From Candidatus Omnitrophota bacterium (GTDB taxonomy: Bacteria; Omnitrophota; Gorgyraeia; Gygaellales; Profunditerraquicolaceae), in the NCBI GenBank assembly GCA_025453395.1, contig JALOQK010000002.1, positions 410,509 through 474,508 of the forward strand: 64,000 nucleotides of DNA, given 5' to 3'. Both the position numbers and the translations under genes were made by a program. A model generated the notes under the pieces. That model did not search any database, was not told the origin of the DNA, and saw only the letters and a list, made by a program, of their open reading frames with translations. Below, one piece after another: positions 58,790 through 64,000 of this stretch; the stretch's first letter is position 1, and each line of letters opens with the position of its first letter.

Positions 58790-59099
58790 GATTTTTTCTT
58801 ATCTCCAACACCTTATCAAGGCGCATGCCACCTACCAATAATTCTTTTTGTTTTCTGGTAAATTCCTTAATCGTCTTCTCTAATTTAAACGCCGGCTTAA
58901 ATTGCTTATATTGCTTATTCCACACCAGCTTCACGGGCCTTCTGTCGCGCGTATATTTGGCGCCTTTACCCTTGTTGTGTAATTCTATACGCTTTTCTAA
59001 ATTAGGCGTATAACCTGTATAAAACGTCCCATCCCCACACTCCACCATATACACCCAAAACTTCCCGCTTCTTTTAAATTTCTTTCTACTACTTATCAT
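58767..59099 (-). CDS. GIY-YIG nuclease-family protein (UPF0213/YhbQ-like)
   Basis: FWVYMVECGDGTFYTGYTPNLEKRIELHNKGKGAKYTR is a canonical stand-alone GIY-YIG domain. Confidence 0.8.
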   Translation of the reverse strand: MISSRKKFKRSGKFWVYMVECGDGTFYTGYTPNLEKRIELHNKGKGAKYTRDRRPVKLVWNKQYKQFKPAFKLEKTIKEFTRKQKELLVGGMRLDKVLEIRKNHGRAKKK

Positions 59100-59178
59100 A
59101 ACCTTCGCTTCTTTTTGCCTAAAATGTCACATACATTCACAGGTCTGCCTGCGGCAGACAGGCAGGCGCCCCTATTAT

Positions 59179-59940
59179 TTACTTCTCCGCCACCACAAGC
59201 ATTTCAAAATCTTCGGTAGTCAATTTGTCATTTCTTGAATAAGCCCCAAGCTTGGAGCCGAAGATATCGATCTTTTTGAATCCAAGCGTCTTTAAAAGCC
59301 ATGTTATCTCACTGGGTACATAATAACGCTCGTTGCACTTAAGCTCCTTTTTATTACCGGAATCGTCTTCAAAAACAGCGGTGTTATGGTCGCGGAAAGT
59401 CATCAGGTCAAAAGAGCAGTCCTTGCACTGAGATTGGCCTTCTTTCTGAGCTAACTCATAGAATTCCTTGACCGAATGGAAAAGCGGGAATAATCCGTTT
59501 AATGCGGTGAAAACAAGCTTCCCCTGACCGTTCAAAGCTCTGGCCGCGCTCTTAAGGATCGCGAAATTCATTTCATCCGTTTCCATAAGAGAAAACCCGC
59601 CTTCGCAGAGCATAATGGCTAGATCAAATTCACCCTCAAACGGAAGGCCTCGCGCGTCATACTTCTGGAAATTAATTGTCAGCCCTGCCGCTTTGGCTTT
59701 CTCCCGCGCTCCCGCAAGCTGTGACTCGGAAAGATCAACGCCTGTCACTTTATACCCTCTTTTGGTCAGTTCGATAGCGTGGCGGCCGGTGCCGCAACCA
59801 ATGTCGATTATCTTTAAAGATTTATTGCGGCTAATCTCCTGTTCAATAAAATCGCACTCGCCCGCAGTGCCCTGAACAAAAGGCTCGTTATCATATTTGC
59901 GAGCGTAATTCTCGAATAATGCTTCGTACCATTGTTTCAT
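59179..59940 (-). CDS. Class I SAM-dependent methyltransferase
   Basis: Motif I IIDIGCGTGRHA, post-I acidic residue and motif II. Confidence 0.75.
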   Translation of the reverse strand: MKQWYEALFENYARKYDNEPFVQGTAGECDFIEQEISRNKSLKIIDIGCGTGRHAIELTKRGYKVTGVDLSESQLAGAREKAKAAGLTINFQKYDARGLPFEGEFDLAIMLCEGGFSLMETDEMNFAILKSAARALNGQGKLVFTALNGLFPLFHSVKEFYELAQKEGQSQCKDCSFDLMTFRDHNTAVFEDDSGNKKELKCNERYYVPSEITWLLKTLGFKKIDIFGSKLGAYSRNDKLTTEDFEMLVVAEK

Positions 59941-60063
59941 TTTAATCCTTTCTTACAATTTAATTAGAACTTTCATTTTAAGGGAACTGGCCTTATGACA
60001 ATATTCCTGCTTACACAACTTAAAAATATTTTTCCTATTCATTTAACACAGCGCAATAATAAA

Positions 60064-60486
60064 CTAACGTAAAATAATAAGCAACGTGCCAATGGTAATC
60101 AACCCCACCCCCGCCCATTGATAAGCTCCTAAGCGTTCCCCTAAGAACATAACAGAAAGAATTACCGCGAACACCAGGCTTAGCTTATCAATTGGGGAAA
60201 CAATGGAAGCCGGGCCGGTTTGAAGCGCGCGAAAATAACAAATCCATGATAAACCCGTAGCAAAGGCCGAAAGAATGAGAAATATCATGCTGTGCCTGTC
60301 TATTAATAAAGGATTCCTCCACTCGCGGCGCACGCCAATCAAGACCCCTAAAAACAAAATAATCACAACCGTCCTTATAAAAGTAGCCAGATTAGAAGAG
60401 ATGTTCTTAACCCCTACTTTCGCCAACACCGCGGTCAGCCCTGCGAAAAAAGCTGAACCCACAGCGTATATTTTCCAATCCAACAT
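60064..60486 (-). CDS. EamA-domain small transporter (DMT superfamily, single 4-5 TM unit)
   Basis: 140 aa, hydrophobic throughout, with an EamA-like pattern. Confidence 0.6.
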   Translation of the reverse strand: MLDWKIYAVGSAFFAGLTAVLAKVGVKNISSNLATFIRTVVIILFLGVLIGVRREWRNPLLIDRHSMIFLILSAFATGLSWICYFRALQTGPASIVSPIDKLSLVFAVILSVMFLGERLGAYQWAGVGLITIGTLLIILR

Positions 60487-60514
60487 AATTGCCCCCCCTT
60501 TTTTTTATCGCGTT

Positions 60515-61990
60515 TTAAGAAGAAGGCAATATCCTAAATAAATGCTCATTATAGAAATATTGCGCTACTTCTTTCCCATACCAACTCTCATTGCGCCGCA
60601 TCCCCATAGGCTTGACATAAAAATGCTCCTGAAGAATGCTTTTTAAGATAAAACACGGGTCATAGCCCAGGGCCGTAGAAGTAAGATACACCGGATACCC
60701 TGCTCTATTTAAAACAATTATTTTACCAAAAAAATCATCCCATTGCGCCTGATCACAGTTTACCGGCGGAAGAAGATATTTTCTTTTTGTGTAAAGCTTT
60801 AAAAATATATGCTCATCTTGTATGATAATAATACTGTCTGGTTCGGTAGCCGATTCTACAAAAAGCGCGAAATCTTTTTGGTAATTATTAACGTGGCGTG
60901 AATATAAGATATTCTTTGCCGGCATAAGCATGGTCAGGCAAACAAATAACATTGCCGTGGCGCAGATTATATTCTTCTTGAAGACAAAGCATATTGCCTG
61001 GGAAGAAAAATAAAACATAAAAAATGACGCTGGGATAAGATAACGCGGGCTAAAGGTTTGCATATTCACAAGCAACATAAAAGAAACCGCAAAAGCAACA
61101 AAAAATAAAACCGCCTCTTCTTTTTTTTCTTTCAAGAAGCCAAGAAAAACTCCCAATACCGCCCAGATTACCGCCATATACGCCCAATGCCACAAGGCTT
61201 GCCAGCCTTGCCTGAATCTTGCCAAACTAAAGCCAGAAAACACCTCCATGCTATCTGACTGAACGTTTATCCCGATGGCAGAAGAAAACACATTAAGATA
61301 CGCCCGGCAATTGGGCACCAAAAGCGCTAACAGGATAACTATCGCAAAAGAGAAAAAGATAATCCCCAGAAACCTGGCGCCAAAAATCAAAATTTGCTTT
61401 AAAAACCCCTCATGCCTTTTCTTGAAAACAATATTCACGTAATAAGCGAAAAATCCGGCAAAAATAATCATGTTTTCATTTCTTGAAGCAATAGCTAATC
61501 CGGTAAAAAATGCGCATAGCCAAAAAGTATTGCTTAGAAAATAAAACAAACTAAACACTAAAAACAACTGCCCTAACGCATGGTCAATCCTGCCATAAGT
61601 AGTTACCGAGAAAAACGGCGCAAAGCAACTTGTTAATAACGCCCAGGATAAAGCAGAAGAGTCTGCGATTGTCTTACGAAAACACAGGTATATTACTACA
61701 GCTGTTAGGGCGGATATAAAAGAGGTAGAAAAAAACAGGACATCCTGATAGGCGGCCCATGGAAATAAAGCATCCCTGATAAACCCCAAACTTATTATAA
61801 AGAAAGACACAAAAGGAAAACTTGCCGCGTGCGGATAGGCCAGTTTATCCTGCATTACTAAGATAAACTCCGCAGTGTCATAATGAAACGGGCCCTTGCT
61901 TAATAAAAGAAACCGCGGGATAAAGCTAAAGGCAAAAATAAAAAATGCCCAAGCCCAAACCCCTATTTTACTATTTTTTGCGTTCCACAT
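60515..61990 (-). CDS. Polytopic membrane protein, possible GT-C-type (ArnT/PMT-like) glycosyltransferase
   Basis: ~12 predicted TM helices, 491 aa, and an acidic residue pair in the first loop (HYDTAEF). There is no strong family motif. Confidence 0.4.
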   Translation of the reverse strand: MWNAKNSKIGVWAWAFFIFAFSFIPRFLLLSKGPFHYDTAEFILVMQDKLAYPHAASFPFVSFFIISLGFIRDALFPWAAYQDVLFFSTSFISALTAVVIYLCFRKTIADSSALSWALLTSCFAPFFSVTTYGRIDHALGQLFLVFSLFYFLSNTFWLCAFFTGLAIASRNENMIIFAGFFAYYVNIVFKKRHEGFLKQILIFGARFLGIIFFSFAIVILLALLVPNCRAYLNVFSSAIGINVQSDSMEVFSGFSLARFRQGWQALWHWAYMAVIWAVLGVFLGFLKEKKEEAVLFFVAFAVSFMLLVNMQTFSPRYLIPASFFMFYFSSQAICFVFKKNIICATAMLFVCLTMLMPAKNILYSRHVNNYQKDFALFVESATEPDSIIIIQDEHIFLKLYTKRKYLLPPVNCDQAQWDDFFGKIIVLNRAGYPVYLTSTALGYDPCFILKSILQEHFYVKPMGMRRNESWYGKEVAQYFYNEHLFRILPSS

Positions 61991-62690
61991 GGCACAAATA
62001 AGATGCGCAACATAAACGATTTAATATAAATATCCGCTCAACTAAAGGCTCAATCTTTTTTAATAGATTAGCTGCCCAATCCGGGCAAAAAAAAGGCACT
62101 AAACCAATGTAATCATGTTTTAGGATTTTAGCTGCGGATAGCCCGACCCATCTGCGGATAACAAATGGCGGGTAAGATTTCTCATTATGCGCTCGATGAT
62201 AACTGGAGAAACGCTCAATTATTTTTAAGAAAGGATTATACCCATTAGGATCAAGGATAATAACTTCCGAGGCTACTCGCAGCGCCTCTTTTAAGGCCTG
62301 TCCGGGATTGCAGATGTGGTGCAAAATACCCCGCATATAAACAATATCAAACGCATTATCTTTAAATGGGAGCCTATCTACAGAACATAGCGCAAAATTT
62401 ATATTTGTATCTGAATTTTTTGCGCGTGCCGATGAAATTGCCTCAAAAGCAAGATCCACACCATAAACCCTCAAGGCTTTACCCCGCTGGCATAATTCAA
62501 CAGTATAAGTTGCGTCTCCGCAGCCAACATCAAGCACCCGCTTACCTGCGAAATCAGCCATTTTAAAAGCTGCATCACTTAAATGGGCATTGGAAAGGCG
62601 GCTGCTTAGCGATGGATTAGTAGTATAGCGATAGCCATTATTTTCCTTAATGTCTATGCGAAAAGAATTTATAGCGCTTTTATTTTGCAT
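61971..62690 (-). CDS. Class I SAM-dependent methyltransferase
   Basis: VLDVGCGDATYT motif I. Confidence 0.75.
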   Translation of the reverse strand: MQNKSAINSFRIDIKENNGYRYTTNPSLSSRLSNAHLSDAAFKMADFAGKRVLDVGCGDATYTVELCQRGKALRVYGVDLAFEAISSARAKNSDTNINFALCSVDRLPFKDNAFDIVYMRGILHHICNPGQALKEALRVASEVIILDPNGYNPFLKIIERFSSYHRAHNEKSYPPFVIRRWVGLSAAKILKHDYIGLVPFFCPDWAANLLKKIEPLVERIFILNRLCCASYLCHVERKK

Positions 62691-63756
62691 TTGGAAACAA
62701 CCTCTGTATCGCCTGATAAACTATTGCCGCCAAAATAAGATTTCCGTCACCGTTTAAATGGCATTCATCGTAGAAAAGTGTTTTATAACTGTCTTTAAAA
62801 AACTGCCTTAAGTCAAGAACTATGACATTCGGATTACCATTATATTTCTGCTGTAATATGTTCGCGTAAATTCCATGCTGGTATTTGTGCATTTGGGAAA
62901 GTATTTCTCCGACATTCTCATCGCGAAATCCCGTACCGAATTGCTTCAAATAAAAATTAGGAACAATGTAGGGCTCCAAGATAACGATCACCTTAATATT
63001 ATGCTTTAAACAATAATCAATGGAATCCAGCTCTTTCTCCAGGAAAACTTGAAGCCTTTTTTCGTTCTCCATGTAAACATCCTGGACCGAGCCCTGATTA
63101 AGCTTATACCGCTTGTAATCAAAACCCAAAAATAAATCTCCTCCTTTACCCATTTTTTCCTTAATAAAAGAGGTTACAAACCTATAAGTGCAGCGAAAGT
63201 TAATCTTAATAAAGCTAACAGTATACCGCACTATTGGGTTATCAGGATAGGGGTTAAATGCCTGATAGTAATCTTTCGGGGCAAGATATTCATAGCGGTT
63301 GTCATTTATTTTTTTGACCACAACCGGTAAATCATTATAGCCATCATGGATAACCACGCAATTAGGATCGTATTGCGGTAAAACAGATTTTATGAAATAA
63401 TTCGTGGTTACCGCTGATACCCCGGAAATACCGAAATTATAAATACTTGCCGGCTTTTTTTCTTTAAAACAGATGTCCTGTAAAAGAGTGGGGTAGCTAT
63501 ACTCGTAAGGCATGTTATTGCCATTGGTAGTTGAGCCGCCAAGGCAGAAAACCCTCGGAGGCATGGCATTCTTATACGGCATCGGGCTTCTTAAGAAACA
63601 GGCAGCGTGATATAAAATACTGGGCCTTAAGGTATAGTAAAACTTCGCCGTATCATTATACATAAAGCGGAAATAAGTCTCTATGCCGAATAATAAACCG
63701 AAAACTAAGGACACCCCAAATCCCATGGCCAATAAATTAGCAGTTATCTTTTTCAC
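62680..63756 (-). CDS. Membrane-anchored hypothetical protein, possibly an SGNH-like hydrolase fold with a degenerate motif
   Basis: N-terminal TM helix. VFCLGGSTTNG resembles SGNH block I but lacks the Asp/Ser pattern. Confidence 0.3.
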   Translation of the reverse strand: MKKITANLLAMGFGVSLVFGLLFGIETYFRFMYNDTAKFYYTLRPSILYHAACFLRSPMPYKNAMPPRVFCLGGSTTNGNNMPYEYSYPTLLQDICFKEKKPASIYNFGISGVSAVTTNYFIKSVLPQYDPNCVVIHDGYNDLPVVVKKINDNRYEYLAPKDYYQAFNPYPDNPIVRYTVSFIKINFRCTYRFVTSFIKEKMGKGGDLFLGFDYKRYKLNQGSVQDVYMENEKRLQVFLEKELDSIDYCLKHNIKVIVILEPYIVPNFYLKQFGTGFRDENVGEILSQMHKYQHGIYANILQQKYNGNPNVIVLDLRQFFKDSYKTLFYDECHLNGDGNLILAAIVYQAIQRLFPNAK

Positions 63757-63830
63757 CTATTCTCCTGTTGTTGTTTTAATACTTGCAAACTAAATGAAAA
63801 ATCACTATAATTACTACTTAAGGAGGCCAT

Positions 63831-64000
63831 ATGGAACAAAAACATAAACGCAAGAAAATCTGGGAAATCTCTTATGCCATCAAATTTTTAAACGTTGCCT
63901 TGGGCCTGATGATACTGTTGGTCGCTAGCGGTTTCTTCTTTTTTAGCGTGGCAGTAAAACAGGCAGAACTAAGCCAAGCGCGCCCATTTTCGCTTCAGAT
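63831..64000 (+). CDS. Hypothetical small membrane protein, 5' part only; the gene continues beyond the window
   Basis: A strong AAGGAGG RBS lies 6 nt upstream of the ATG. The product MEQKHKRKKIWEISYAIKFLNVALGLMILLVASGFFFFSV... has a TM helix. It is absent from the ORF track because it is truncated. Confidence 0.5.
   Translation, partial: MEQKHKRKKIWEISYAIKFLNVALGLMILLVASGFFFFSVAVKQAELSQARPFSLQ

Noticed and set aside
59100-59178. GC-rich hairpin gtctgcctgcggcagacaggcagg downstream of the methyltransferase gene as a rho-independent terminator
   Set aside because: On the transcribed (minus) strand the stem is not followed by a U-tract. It may still be a structural element, but an intrinsic terminator cannot be called.

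Overview
This 64 kb window looks like a chromosomal stretch from a low-GC (~40%) diderm bacterium: lptD and a pilQ secretin are present. Gene density is high and almost everything is on the minus strand. From left to right it holds five blocks. (1) A nucleotide-sugar and glycan-assembly cluster: rmlA fragment, four SDR epimerase/dehydratases, UDP-glucose dehydrogenase, a UDP-ManNAc/GlcNAc-type dehydrogenase, UDP-xylose synthase, two GT2 enzymes, a Wzx-like flippase, a B12-binding radical SAM protein and a SemiSWEET. (2) Housekeeping genes: tyrS, rpsA, plsC, a phosphomannomutase/phosphoglucomutase (PMM/PGM), rpe, nadD, proA, proB, obg, rplU, rng. (3) A type IV pilus locus: pilMNOPQ, a PilX-like 571-aa protein, minor pilins and two tandem major-pilin paralogs. 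Divergent from the pilins are two GT-C membrane glycosyltransferases, one YfhO-family and one TMTC-like with TPR repeats. (4) lptD, a transaldolase, two tandem GGDEF proteins, an orphan MalK-like ATPase and accD. (5) A heat-shock region: dnaJ, dnaK, grpE and hrcA with a CIRCE operator, then hspR-like, clpB, hflX, miaA and a miaB-like gene, followed by methyltransferases and membrane proteins. The most unusual content is a family of heptamer-built palindromic repeat elements. Two near-identical ~400-bp cassette copies each carry a four-helix-bundle gene (23S rRNA IVS-protein / Avd family) between terminal inverted repeats, and both sit between SDR sugar-nucleotide genes. A further empty copy lies intergenic at ~41.2 kb. 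A solo arm is fused in-frame into the miaB-like gene, and another supplies the C-terminal tail of an epimerase. A second, AT-rich palindromic family recurs between dnaK and dnaJ and at the start of a SPOR-domain gene. No rRNA, tRNA or CRISPR array is evident.
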